Notes under the pieces: generated by a model | Database searches by the model: none | What the model was told of the DNA's origin: nothing | The model's input: the letters and a program-made list of their open reading frames with translations, nothing else | Origin: an uncultured virus (IMG/VR IMGVR_UViG_3300034066_001606) | Taxonomy: Duplodnaviria; Heunggongvirae; Uroviricota; Caudoviricetes | Virus record (IMG/VR): IMGVR_UViG_3300034066_001606 | Strand: one strand, 5' to 3' | DNA length: 64,000 nucleotides | Part shown: in pieces, positions 9,105 to 18,534 of the stretch | Numbering within the stretch: position 1 is the stretch's first letter | How the letters are laid out: every line of letters begins with the position of its first letter | Program-made: the position numbers and the translations under genes

Positions 9105-10260
9105 GACATTATATAAAAAAGACAGCAATGGTAAGTTGATGCAATGGACTATTGAAACCATTGGTAAAAGCTTCAGAACTTGCGATGGATATGTGGGTGG
9201 CAAAATTACCACGACATCACCAACTATTTGTACTAGTAAAAATGTTGGTAGAGTAAACGAAACGACACCTGAAGCGCAATGCATAATTGAAGCAAAAGCT
9301 AAAGTAGAAAAGAAAAAGAAGGAGCGTTGGTTGGACAGCATTGAAGAATGTGATTTTGTGTTTGATTACCCACTAGACCCGATGTTGGCTCGTGAATACA
9401 ACAAAGCCATAAAAGTAATTGAAATCACTAGATACTTTGCATTACAGCCAAAGCTTGATGGCATACGTTGTACAGCCAAAAGAAGCAAACCTGGAATATA
9501 CACTAGGGAAGGTAATAAAATTGTATCGTGTCCACATATTGAGGCAATGGTGGCTGACATATTTATGAATAACACATGGTTGGAAGCCATTGATGGTGAG
9601 TTGTACAATCACGAGTTTAAAGACAACTTTGATGAAATAGTAAGTATAGTTAGAACACAACTACCAACTGAAGAGGATTTACAAAAGTCTTACAAGTACA
9701 TGCAGTATCATGTGTACGATTGTGTTACCAATAATATTGAAGATACATTTAAAGAAAGGTACGAATATTTTAGTAATGCAACTTTTGATAACTACAAAGG
9801 TGGGTACAGAATAAGTAAGCATTTAAGAATAGTGAAAACCAAATTTGTACAGAACCATGAACCACTAGTGCAAAGGATTTACGAAATGTTTTTGGAAGAA
9901 GGTTATGAAGGCATGATGTACCGAAATCCACTAAGCACATACCAAGAGGGTAAAAGAACCAAAGACCTAATAAAACGTAAAGAACACATTGACAAGGAGT
10001 TTATACTTATTGATGTACTTGAAGGTTTGGGCAATAGAGCAGGAATGGCAGGAAAGGTAGTATGTAAAATTGGACCACATACCTTTGAAGCCAACATAAA
10101 GGGCAAAAATAGATTCAATACAGCCTTTGAATGGTTTAAGGAACTACTTGTAAACAAACATAAATATATAGGCGAAATTGTGACCATACGTTACCAGAAC
10201 CTGACACCAGACGGTAAGCCTAGATTTGGTAGAATGATAGCCATTAGGAACTACGAATAG
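9097..10260 (+). CDS. lig: ATP-dependent DNA ligase
   Basis: Motif I QPKLDGIRC, DGELY, YHVYD, EGMMYR, KRK, and OB-fold RYQNLTPDGKPRF. Confidence 0.92.
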   Translation: MIKTLYKKDSNGKLMQWTIETIGKSFRTCDGYVGGKITTTSPTICTSKNVGRVNETTPEAQCIIEAKAKVEKKKKERWLDSIEECDFVFDYPLDPMLAREYNKAIKVIEITRYFALQPKLDGIRCTAKRSKPGIYTREGNKIVSCPHIEAMVADIFMNNTWLEAIDGELYNHEFKDNFDEIVSIVRTQLPTEEDLQKSYKYMQYHVYDCVTNNIEDTFKERYEYFSNATFDNYKGGYRISKHLRIVKTKFVQNHEPLVQRIYEMFLEEGYEGMMYRNPLSTYQEGKRTKDLIKRKEHIDKEFILIDVLEGLGNRAGMAGKVVCKIGPHTFEANIKGKNRFNTAFEWFKELLVNKHKYIGEIVTIRYQNLTPDGKPRFGRMIAIRNYE

Positions 10261-10274
10261 GCATTAACATTTAA

Positions 10275-10334
10275 TTAACAAGTTAATTCTAGGATAATCA
10301 CTAATCACGTATTACATTTGTATTGTAATTAAAA
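10275..10334 (+). promoter_or_regulatory. Early promoter copy 4
   Basis: TTAACAAGTTAATTCTAGGATAATCA...TACATTTGTATTGTAATTAAAA; TAnnTTTG at 10313. Confidence 0.8.
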
Positions 10335-10343
10335 CTAAAAACA

Positions 10344-11348
10344 ATGCAAACAGCGATTAACCACAGCGACGAAACCTTAAAACAAGCAGAAGCCATTTGT
10401 AGCGCAAACAGCGTTGACAATGGTATCTGCATGTACTTTGTAACATTGGGGCAAAGCAGTAATTCAAAAGATGTACGTTTTGTACTATACCGACTATCCT
10501 TGAAGCAAAATAGGTACATTGAACCTTTCAAATTTCAATGCATACTAGGTGACGACCTCATTGAGTCATGTATAAAAGCCAAGTCAATTGTGGGTACAAA
10601 TCCGCTAGTTATTGACTTTGAGAGACAAAACAAAATTGCCAATTATGCCAAGTGGACACCAGAAGTTATTAGATTTGGAAAGCATTATGGGTTAAGTTTA
10701 AACGAGGTTCCTGAAAAATATGTGTGCTGGATTGCCAATGGTTGTTCAATATACAACGAGGATTACAAGTGTTGGGAAAGCAAATTTTTTGGTGGCGAGG
10801 AGTTTATGCAAACAGCTAGACAAGTAGCCGAGCGGTTGGGTTATGGTAAAACAATTGAATTGACACCAAACAACTTTAAGTTTTTTACCAATGAGCAGTA
10901 CGAAAAGCATTTAGCAAAACAAGCTGAATTAGCACTACTAGTACATGACCATCACGAAACCAATGGTAAAAGGGTTACAAAGAAATTAACCATTATTAGA
11001 GTTGGTGGTTATGAATCGCAATTTGGTTATACGCAAATAGTTGCCTTTAAAGATGGGGAAAACAAGGTTTACACATACAAGGGTGGCTCGTTTCCAATTC
11101 AAGCCGTAGTGGGCAATACAAGAACCATTATGGGTACTATCAAGCATGGTGATTACAAAGGGCAAAAACAAACACTTTTACAAAGGGTAAAGGTGTTGCC
11201 CTATACATTTGAGGAATACAAAGTGTTACGTTTAGAGTACATGGGTAACAGACCTGAAAACGAAGCACTGGATATACTTTATAGTTTAGTTGGTGATAAC
11301 AGCTTGTTTGACAAGTATGAAGCATTATTGGAAACAAAAATAGCATAA
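10344..11348 (+). CDS. Protein with FGKH(x)G (DUF3820-like) motif and C-terminal OB-fold-like domain
   Basis: IRFGKHYGLSLNEVPEKYVCW; YESQFG...FKDGENK..YKG...GTIKH..YKGQKQT. Confidence 0.55.
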   Translation: MQTAINHSDETLKQAEAICSANSVDNGICMYFVTLGQSSNSKDVRFVLYRLSLKQNRYIEPFKFQCILGDDLIESCIKAKSIVGTNPLVIDFERQNKIANYAKWTPEVIRFGKHYGLSLNEVPEKYVCWIANGCSIYNEDYKCWESKFFGGEEFMQTARQVAERLGYGKTIELTPNNFKFFTNEQYEKHLAKQAELALLVHDHHETNGKRVTKKLTIIRVGGYESQFGYTQIVAFKDGENKVYTYKGGSFPIQAVVGNTRTIMGTIKHGDYKGQKQTLLQRVKVLPYTFEEYKVLRLEYMGNRPENEALDILYSLVGDNSLFDKYEALLETKIA

Positions 11349-11353
11349 ACACA

Positions 11354-11740
11354 ATGACAAGAATAAATGTGGCAATTGCACCAAGAAAGCTAACAGACAG
11401 ACATCTGTTAGCTGAGCATAGGGAAATTAAAAGAATACCGAATGCATTGGCTAAGTATGGTGTAAATTTGAACCTGAAAAATTTACCTAAGGAATTTACA
11501 TTGGGTACTGGACATGTAAGGTTTTTCTACGATAAGGGTTTATACACATACAACAGATACATTGAAATTTACAAAGAATGTAAGCTAAGGAATTTTAATG
11601 TTGAATTTTATGGCGATGCATGGCATGTGTATAAAGATTATCCTAGTTTGTACAAAGATTATGCACCTACCGATAAAGATTTTGAAGCAATAAAAAAAAG
11701 GTTGGTAACGAAAGACAAACGATATATAGGATTGTTATAA
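11354..11740 (+). CDS. denV: Pyrimidine dimer DNA glycosylase (T4 endonuclease V family)
   Basis: MTRIN...LTDRHLLAEHREIKRI...FTLGTGHVRFFYDK. Confidence 0.93.
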   Translation: MTRINVAIAPRKLTDRHLLAEHREIKRIPNALAKYGVNLNLKNLPKEFTLGTGHVRFFYDKGLYTYNRYIEIYKECKLRNFNVEFYGDAWHVYKDYPSLYKDYAPTDKDFEAIKKRLVTKDKRYIGLL

Positions 11741-11755
11741 CATAAAACAAACAAA

Positions 11756-12001
11756 ATGAGAACACAAGATTTTGACGTACAGCAATTAATAGATGATTTG
11801 CAAGGTACTTGCACAAGCATAAACGACCATTTGCCTGAAGGTATGGATGACATGGATTTAACAAGCGAAGACCATGACGTAATAGATAACCAAATATTTT
11901 TATGTGAAACTTGTGGATGGTGGTGTGAAATATCTGAACAAGATGAAGATGGTAATTGCCAAGATTGCCATGAAGCAAGTGAAGAAGACGAAGATGAGTA
12001 A
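11756..12001 (+). CDS. Highly acidic zinc-ribbon protein
   Basis: 27 of 81 residues are D/E; CETCGWW...CQDC. Confidence 0.7.
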   Translation: MRTQDFDVQQLIDDLQGTCTSINDHLPEGMDDMDLTSEDHDVIDNQIFLCETCGWWCEISEQDEDGNCQDCHEASEEDEDE

Positions 12002-12275
12002 TTACCTAAAGCCTGAAAATTGCAACAAAGCAAAGTGTAAAACTTGCATGTTTAACTACAACGAGCATAGTGTGAGGTTGGGAAAGGAAAGAATGGAAGA
12101 AATTATTGGTTACTTATCAAAATTTGAAAGTAGTCATATTTGCCATACTACCAATAAGACATGTTATGGTGGTTTAGAATTACAAGCAAAGCTGATGCAC
12201 CAAATGGGCGTCATAAAAGAACCAAGTGTAAACGAAATGATTAGTGAAGCAAATAGGATATTAAATGGGCAATAA
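11994..12275 (+). CDS. Cys/His-rich hypothetical protein
   Basis: CKTCMF...HICH...CYGG; start at ATG 11994 overlaps the previous stop. Confidence 0.65.
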   Translation: MSNYLKPENCNKAKCKTCMFNYNEHSVRLGKERMEEIIGYLSKFESSHICHTTNKTCYGGLELQAKLMHQMGVIKEPSVNEMISEANRILNGQ

Positions 12276-12780
12276 AAGGCTGAGTAGTAGGACAACTTAT
12301 TTTTCTTCAATTTTTGAATATACAAAAAGAAGGGATATAGCTAGTGCTAAAGCAAAAGCATTGAAGCCACTTATTACCACAGACACTAAAGCAAAAAGGG
12401 AATATGAAAAGCTTAGAAAGAGTTGCGATAACATGAATGCTAAACTATGTTCTTTAAGGAGAGCGGTTAAGCGTATGGACTTGATAAAGGAATACCTAGT
12501 TAAAGTTGATGCGGTGTTTACAGAAGTAAGTTCGTATAAGATGCTAAACAGCAATATGAGCAAGAGTGAAAGGAAGATGTTTAGTAAGATGTTTTGTAAG
12601 TGGTGTTTAGAGAATGGTGTTAATGGCTATTATGTTCGGGTTTATGTCGGTGCAAAGGGTTTATGGACAATTAGCCGAAATAGGAAAACAATAAGCAAAT
12701 TGATAGCAAAGAACACTAATGAGCGGAGAGTTTGGTTGCAACTGAAGGAAGAACTATTAAATAGAGGGTTAAACAAATAA
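12265..12780 (+). CDS. Basic hypothetical protein
   Basis: 171 aa, K/R-rich. Confidence 0.65.
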   Translation: MGNKRLSSRTTYFSSIFEYTKRRDIASAKAKALKPLITTDTKAKREYEKLRKSCDNMNAKLCSLRRAVKRMDLIKEYLVKVDAVFTEVSSYKMLNSNMSKSERKMFSKMFCKWCLENGVNGYYVRVYVGAKGLWTISRNRKTISKLIAKNTNERRVWLQLKEELLNRGLNK

Positions 12781-12792
12781 ATTAAAACAAAT

Positions 12793-13110
12793 ATGGCAGA
12801 TATAAAATGTTTATGTGTGAATGCTAAGAACAAGCCTAGTGAGATACCAATTGAAAAGTGGGTTGTTGAGATGGAGCAGTACAGCGTAATCTCCATGATT
12901 AGAGATAAGGATGGTAAGTTGGGTATACAAGTATCTGAAATAGATTTAGATGAAACTTGTAAGCCTTATGAAATGTTTGATATAAGAAGATTTGCATTCC
13001 GTGGGCAAGACATTACAGCATTGCAAGAATTAGGTCAAGTATGTAGTGAAATTGATTGGGATACTCCAATGTTGGAACAATTAAATTTACAAACAATAGA
13101 ACAAAACTAA
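12793..13110 (+). CDS. Hypothetical protein
   Basis: 105 aa ORF. Confidence 0.7.
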   Translation: MADIKCLCVNAKNKPSEIPIEKWVVEMEQYSVISMIRDKDGKLGIQVSEIDLDETCKPYEMFDIRRFAFRGQDITALQELGQVCSEIDWDTPMLEQLNLQTIEQN

Positions 13111-13111
13111 T

Positions 13112-13327
13112 ATGAAAAAAGGTACAAGAATGATATACGATACCCAAAATGATTATGATTTTTGTAAGTATGTGGAGAATTTTGATGAAGATTTTTCCAT
13201 AGTTCAATTTACAAGTGGTGAAAACAATGGTAAGGAAATTAAGGTACTTACAGCACACTTGCATTTTGATAATCCTGGGAACGTGATGGCTATTTACAAC
13301 AAATATAATACCGATGGCAACAAGTAA
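13112..13327 (+). CDS. Hypothetical protein
   Basis: 71 aa ORF. Confidence 0.6.
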   Translation: MKKGTRMIYDTQNDYDFCKYVENFDEDFSIVQFTSGENNGKEIKVLTAHLHFDNPGNVMAIYNKYNTDGNK

Positions 13328-13661
13328 TAAAAGGTTAATTAGAAAGAAGATGTTGGCACTATTGAAGGACGAATTGTTTACAATTGATACCGAATTGCTG
13401 AACCTGAAAACGAATGTAAACAATGCATTGGTTGAGGGGTTAAAGGTAAAAAATATAAACCTAGAAACCATTAAGGAAATAAGAGAAAAGGTGCAAGGAT
13501 TACAAGGTTCTATAAATGATGTAAACAGGAGCATACATAGGTTTTCATTAAACAAAATTGATTATGGTTGGCATGTGTTGGTAGAAAAAGAAGAAGATGA
13601 GGATGGTGATATTGAAAACATTGTTACGTCCAAGCATTTTTTGGATAAGCATTTAAAGTAA
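13314..13661 (+). CDS. Coiled-coil hypothetical protein
   Basis: 115 aa with a heptad pattern. Confidence 0.65.
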   Translation: MATSNKRLIRKKMLALLKDELFTIDTELLNLKTNVNNALVEGLKVKNINLETIKEIREKVQGLQGSINDVNRSIHRFSLNKIDYGWHVLVEKEEDEDGDIENIVTSKHFLDKHLK

Positions 13662-13692
13662 AGATTGTTTAATATAAAAACGTAAATGCAAA

Positions 13693-14520
13693 ATGAAAAG
13701 AATATTTTTAAACAAAAAAGATGGCAATTTCTATAGTTCTGATAACTACAACAGAAGCCAAGCCATATTCACACAACTTGAAGTAGTTTTAAATGAAGGT
13801 GACGAAAAAACCAAGTGTTTTGTGCCAACTGAAATACATGTAAGTAAAAGCGATATACCGAGCAATGATAGGATTGAACTTTTACCTAGTATAATTGTTT
13901 TAAACAATGGTGACGAATTAACATTGATGGTAAATTCTGAAGAAGAATTTAAGTACATTGATGAACATGGTGACGACAATTACAAATACGACAAAACTTT
14001 GTTTAGACAAGTTGCTGAAGTAAAGCATTTTATTAGCGGTGTAATGTTGAATGTAAGGGCAAATAAAAATGACTTTGAAATGTATTGTATATTTTCATCA
14101 TACATTGCTAAACCTAAGTATAAAGAAGTTAAGGATGACATTGGTGGTGGCACTACTTTTCCACACTTCATAGCATTCATAGCACAAGATGGTGTTTTAG
14201 TTGATGGTGAAGCGTTTCATAGTGTAAACTTGTTAACACTTGCTGAAGATAAAGGCATGTACTTCAAAGGAAAAGAAATGTCACCTAGTTTAATATATTT
14301 TAAGCATGAAAAGAATGCAACTAAGTATGTTAGATTACATGAAACTAGATTTAGTTTAGTTCAGTTGGTTGCAATACTTAAAACATATACTTCACCCATT
14401 GGTAATCCAGTAGATTTACTAGCAAATGATGAGGAGTTGAATAATATGGTTAATGATTCAATTTTGTGTAAAAAAGCAATATTAGATAGTTTACAATTTA
14501 AACAATTATACAATGCCTAA
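13693..14520 (+). CDS. Hypothetical protein
   Basis: 275 aa ORF. Confidence 0.7.
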   Translation: MKRIFLNKKDGNFYSSDNYNRSQAIFTQLEVVLNEGDEKTKCFVPTEIHVSKSDIPSNDRIELLPSIIVLNNGDELTLMVNSEEEFKYIDEHGDDNYKYDKTLFRQVAEVKHFISGVMLNVRANKNDFEMYCIFSSYIAKPKYKEVKDDIGGGTTFPHFIAFIAQDGVLVDGEAFHSVNLLTLAEDKGMYFKGKEMSPSLIYFKHEKNATKYVRLHETRFSLVQLVAILKTYTSPIGNPVDLLANDEELNNMVNDSILCKKAILDSLQFKQLYNA

Positions 14521-14704
14521 CAAAATAAAAATCATACAGGAAACTAATTTACAAAAGTTAGAAGATTCAGTAAATAACTACCTTAAAAGCATTGGCAATT
14601 CAGCAATTTATGGTACTCCACAATTACTTGAAAGCCAAGAAAGCTATACAATGTTCATTTGCCACTATGTTCCAGTTGAACCATTAGAAAAAGAAGTAGA
14701 CTAA
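14513..14704 (+). CDS. Hypothetical protein
   Basis: 63 aa; KIKII...LEDSVNNYL. Confidence 0.6.
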   Translation: MPNKIKIIQETNLQKLEDSVNNYLKSIGNSAIYGTPQLLESQESYTMFICHYVPVEPLEKEVD

Positions 14705-15358
14705 ATGAAAAGAAACCACATAGTACTAGATTGTGAAACTGGAGGGTTAAGTTGTTTTGATAACCCAATTACAGAAATAGCCTTACAAGTCCTTAGCAAT
14801 AAGGATTTGGAAGTTTTATACTCATACGAAACGTATGTTAAGCCATATCAGGATTTGGTTATAACAAAGGAAGCAATTGAAAAGACGCAAACTTCAATGA
14901 CTGAAATTAATTATGGTGTTGATTACAAGGTGCTATTGAAGCAACTTATTACCACATTTGACAAGTACACAATAAGAACAAGCAAGTCTCAATATAAACC
15001 AATACTAGTTGCTCACAATGCTGATTTTGATGCTGGATTTTTAGAAGTGCTATTTGCCTACGATAACAAAGATTTATACGATTACATTGATAAGGTGTTG
15101 TTTTGCACACAAAGGGAAATGGAACGAATAGATGGATACATAGAGGACAAAAAAAGTAAACTAAGCTATACACTAGGTAATTGTTGCAATAGGATGGGTA
15201 TTGAGCTTAAAAATGCTCATGGTGCTATGAATGATGTAATTGCCACAACGGAGTTATTTAATTGTATTGTGAATAAGATGCGTGGTGGCACTATTGACAA
15301 TACTACAAAGCAAAAGCCTAAACAGACAAAAAAGGCTAGACAGTTTTTTGAATTTTAA
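14705..15358 (+). CDS. DEDDh 3'-5' exonuclease (DnaQ/epsilon-like)
   Basis: ExoI LDCETGG, ExoII AHNADFD, ExoIII HGAMND. Confidence 0.9.
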   Translation: MKRNHIVLDCETGGLSCFDNPITEIALQVLSNKDLEVLYSYETYVKPYQDLVITKEAIEKTQTSMTEINYGVDYKVLLKQLITTFDKYTIRTSKSQYKPILVAHNADFDAGFLEVLFAYDNKDLYDYIDKVLFCTQREMERIDGYIEDKKSKLSYTLGNCCNRMGIELKNAHGAMNDVIATTELFNCIVNKMRGGTIDNTTKQKPKQTKKARQFFEF

Positions 15359-15381
15359 AACTAAACAAATAAATATACAAA

Positions 15382-16569
15382 ATGAAAATTAAAAATTTTA
15401 CAAAGGAAGAAGTTTCCTTAAATGTGTTGCAAGTACTTGACCTATTTAAAAAGGAATTCATGGCATTGGAAAACAAGTTGTCGCTAGTGAACCGCTTGTA
15501 TTTAAAGTCAAAGCAAGAGGTGGGTAATTTGTTATTTATTAATGGCGATGTGGTTGAAACATTGCTACAGCCTATTAGCAAAAAAGAATTGGTTACAAAC
15601 CATTCTGTGTTGGAAACGAGTCAGGTATTGGGTGACATTGAATTTGACATGCCAATTGTTGATTTTATTGAAAATAGAATTGTAATTGGTGGCATTGAAA
15701 ATAGTGACGATTTGATGTTGTTGTTTAGAATGTGCTTAAACAGCGATTCGTTCTTTGCGTTTTCCTTTAGCATGAATCAGTTTGCTGAATTGCAAAAATT
15801 TTATATTAAGGAAGGGAAGTTGGCTACAGCAACTAACTTTAAGGAAAAGGTAAAAGAAATTGACCCTAAGAAAACTATTTTTGTAGGTTGTGCAGACCCT
15901 ACATTAATTGAAAAAATTACCAATTCATTTGGTGACGATATCTTTGTTGCAGTAATGTCACAGGACGTACTGAAAGCCAGTCTGGATTCATTGAATTATG
16001 AAAAGGTAAGCGAGGAGCATAGATTAGCAGTAGAAGCCATGCAAGTCAATGAGGAAAATAAGGCAAAGTCGTTGCAAGTAGCTAAAGAAATTTATGAGTA
16101 TTATGGCGATAGTGGATGCTTTTCAATAGCTAACATAAAAGAATTTTATTTACACAATAAGAGGGGTAAATTTACCAATAAGCAAATTATTGAATTGTTT
16201 GACTTTTTGATTACAATGAACCGAATTACATGCGTGAACCCACATGAGGAAAAGTTACATAAGAGGTTGTTTGCAGTTACAATTGACGATGTTGATTTGC
16301 TGAAATCATTGAATGTAAAGCTTGATATTTTAAATAAGGAAATTGAAGCATTGCACGATTTGAGGGTAATGACAGAAGAAAACATTGAAGAATTGAGCCA
16401 CAAAATACAAGCAGAAGCTGACTTGGAAATACCAAATGAAGGCGATGAAGCATTTGACGATAGCACTATAAGGGAAGTGAACCCTGCAAATGTTGAAGGC
16501 AGTGAAGAATTTAATGAAGCAAACGAACAAGAAAAACCAAGTGATTACATAAATGACAGAGGTCTATAA
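15382..16569 (+). CDS. Hypothetical protein with coiled-coil and acidic tail
   Basis: 395 aa, overlaps the TerL start. Confidence 0.75.
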   Translation: MKIKNFTKEEVSLNVLQVLDLFKKEFMALENKLSLVNRLYLKSKQEVGNLLFINGDVVETLLQPISKKELVTNHSVLETSQVLGDIEFDMPIVDFIENRIVIGGIENSDDLMLLFRMCLNSDSFFAFSFSMNQFAELQKFYIKEGKLATATNFKEKVKEIDPKKTIFVGCADPTLIEKITNSFGDDIFVAVMSQDVLKASLDSLNYEKVSEEHRLAVEAMQVNEENKAKSLQVAKEIYEYYGDSGCFSIANIKEFYLHNKRGKFTNKQIIELFDFLITMNRITCVNPHEEKLHKRLFAVTIDDVDLLKSLNVKLDILNKEIEALHDLRVMTEENIEELSHKIQAEADLEIPNEGDEAFDDSTIREVNPANVEGSEEFNEANEQEKPSDYINDRGL

Positions 16570-18241
16570 TCATTCAAATGTAGGGGAAATACTTTCAAAC
16601 CCATTCCGTTTCAATAGGGCAGAGTTTGATAAGTTAACCACTACAAATGAAGTAGTGAACGAAATTATTGAGGGCATGACGCCAGAAGCAGTTATCCAAT
16701 TATTGGGTAATTGCGACGATAAAGGAATAGATGAATTCTTTAACACTTTAATAGATGAAACCTACAATATAATTTATGGTGATAAGGTAAAAATTATTAC
16801 CAATAATTTGTTTGGACATCTTGATAAGGTTACAGAAAGTATTGAAGAAAGCCTTAGATGTGCAGACCTAAGTTACTTTGTAACTAGTGTAATGCCTGAC
16901 TTTGAAGTCAATGCTCACCACATGGATTGGTTTAAAATTGCACAGAAGTACAAACGTACAGCCATATTAGCAAGTAGAGACCATGGAAAGTCGTATTGTT
17001 TTAGTAATGCAGTTCCAGCATGGCAGATGTACAGATACAAGCCAATTACTAGCAAACAGAGAATAAACAATAGAGGTTTTCTGTTTAGTTTTAGTATTAC
17101 CCAAGCGGTGGACTTACTAACGATTCTAAAGGACAATATAGAGAGTAACGAGATACTAAGGACACGTTTATACAATAAAGAAAAGTGGGGTAAAACAGAC
17201 ATCACATGTGCCAATAGAGCAAGGTTGACAGTGAAAGGTTTTGGCTCTTCCGTAAGGGGTGCTCACCCATATTGGATTATAGTTGATGATGGGTTAAAAG
17301 ATAACGTAATTTACAGCCTAGAACAGAGGAACAAAAGTATAAACTATTTCCATTCTGTAATTATGAACATGATTACACCAAACGGACAAGTTATAGTAGT
17401 TGGCACTCCGTTTCATGGTAGTGATTTGTATGGTGACTTAAAAAGCAAAGAGGGTTGGAAAGTGTTTGAATATCCAGGAATATACCCTAATGGTAATTTG
17501 TTGTGGGAGAACAGATGGTCGTTTAAGGGGTTAATGGAAAAAAGAGCGTCGCAAGGTAATTTAATTTTTAGTAGGGAAATACTATGCAGACCAATTACTA
17601 GTGATAGTAGTATATTTCCAATTGAAATTATGAACAATGCCATTCACAGAATGAGCGATGTTAAGCTAGTTAGGAATAGGGAAAGTTACCACATGAAATT
17701 TGATAGGGTTGTTGTTGGTGTTGACTTTGCGATTAGTAGTAGCGTTGGTGCTGACTTCACTGTGATTACCGTCTGGGGTATAGATAATACCGATAAAATG
17801 TGGTTAATGGAAGCCATAATGGAAAAGGGTATGACTTATGGACAACAAATAGCTACTCTAAAAAACATTAATGTTAACTTCCAGCCTGAGGTTATGGTTC
17901 TTGAAAACAATGTATTTCAGCAGATATATGTACAGCAAAGTGAACTAGAAGGACTTCCAGTAGTTGGTCATACGACTGGGATTGGTAAAAACGACCTTGA
18001 AAAAGGTTGGGCGGGATTGGCATTGTTATTTGAACGTGGGATGATAAAAATACCAACTGGAGACCAAAGAAGTAAAGACTTTGCCGATGCATTAATTATG
18101 CAATTTGGTAGCGTTGCATTCACCGACAAAGGTGGGTTGCAAAGTACAGATGGACACGATGATATCTGTAGTTCAACATGGTTGGGGAGCATAGCAGTTA
18201 AAAAGGTTGTGACTGGAGCGTTTAATTTTAACTTTATTTAG
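16553..18241 (+). CDS. terL: Terminase large subunit
   Basis: Walker A ASRDHGKS, RGAHP..IIVDD Walker B, VVGTP, RNase H-like VGVDFA and HDD. Confidence 0.93.
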   Translation: MTEVYNHSNVGEILSNPFRFNRAEFDKLTTTNEVVNEIIEGMTPEAVIQLLGNCDDKGIDEFFNTLIDETYNIIYGDKVKIITNNLFGHLDKVTESIEESLRCADLSYFVTSVMPDFEVNAHHMDWFKIAQKYKRTAILASRDHGKSYCFSNAVPAWQMYRYKPITSKQRINNRGFLFSFSITQAVDLLTILKDNIESNEILRTRLYNKEKWGKTDITCANRARLTVKGFGSSVRGAHPYWIIVDDGLKDNVIYSLEQRNKSINYFHSVIMNMITPNGQVIVVGTPFHGSDLYGDLKSKEGWKVFEYPGIYPNGNLLWENRWSFKGLMEKRASQGNLIFSREILCRPITSDSSIFPIEIMNNAIHRMSDVKLVRNRESYHMKFDRVVVGVDFAISSSVGADFTVITVWGIDNTDKMWLMEAIMEKGMTYGQQIATLKNINVNFQPEVMVLENNVFQQIYVQQSELEGLPVVGHTTGIGKNDLEKGWAGLALLFERGMIKIPTGDQRSKDFADALIMQFGSVAFTDKGGLQSTDGHDDICSSTWLGSIAVKKVVTGAFNFNFI

Positions 18242-18244
18242 ATT

Positions 18245-18252
18245 GATGTATT
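18245..18252 (+). promoter_or_regulatory. Putative late promoter box GATGTATT
   Basis: Intergenic 8-mer 29 nt before ATG; recurs before structural genes. Confidence 0.45.
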
Positions 18253-18273
18253 ATTCAATTTAAAATTAAAAAC

Positions 18274-18516
18274 ATGAAAGAAAATATTCAAACGATTATG
18301 GCTTCACCATTAGGCTCTTTTATAAAGGGTTTTCTTGGAATAATATTGGCGATGTGGGTTGCAGAACTTTCCAATGGACATGACTTGTTTAGCATGGACA
18401 TAGTTATGGTTAAGAAATTAATTGTAGCTGGAATTATACCAAACATACATATTCTAATCAATTGGTTGAATCCCGAGTACAAAGGGTATGGTGTTGGTAA
18501 AAATTTAGAAAGTTAG
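18274..18516 (+). CDS. Small two-TM membrane protein, holin-like
   Basis: Two hydrophobic helices; ends WLNPEYKGYG. Confidence 0.5.
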   Translation: MKENIQTIMASPLGSFIKGFLGIILAMWVAELSNGHDLFSMDIVMVKKLIVAGIIPNIHILINWLNPEYKGYGVGKNLES

Positions 18517-18534
18517 TAGTGTAAATTGCTAACA

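Noticed and set aside
16553..18241. Intron or intein in TerL or MCP
   Set aside because: Motifs are contiguous with normal spacing, and no splice-junction residues or frame breaks are seen
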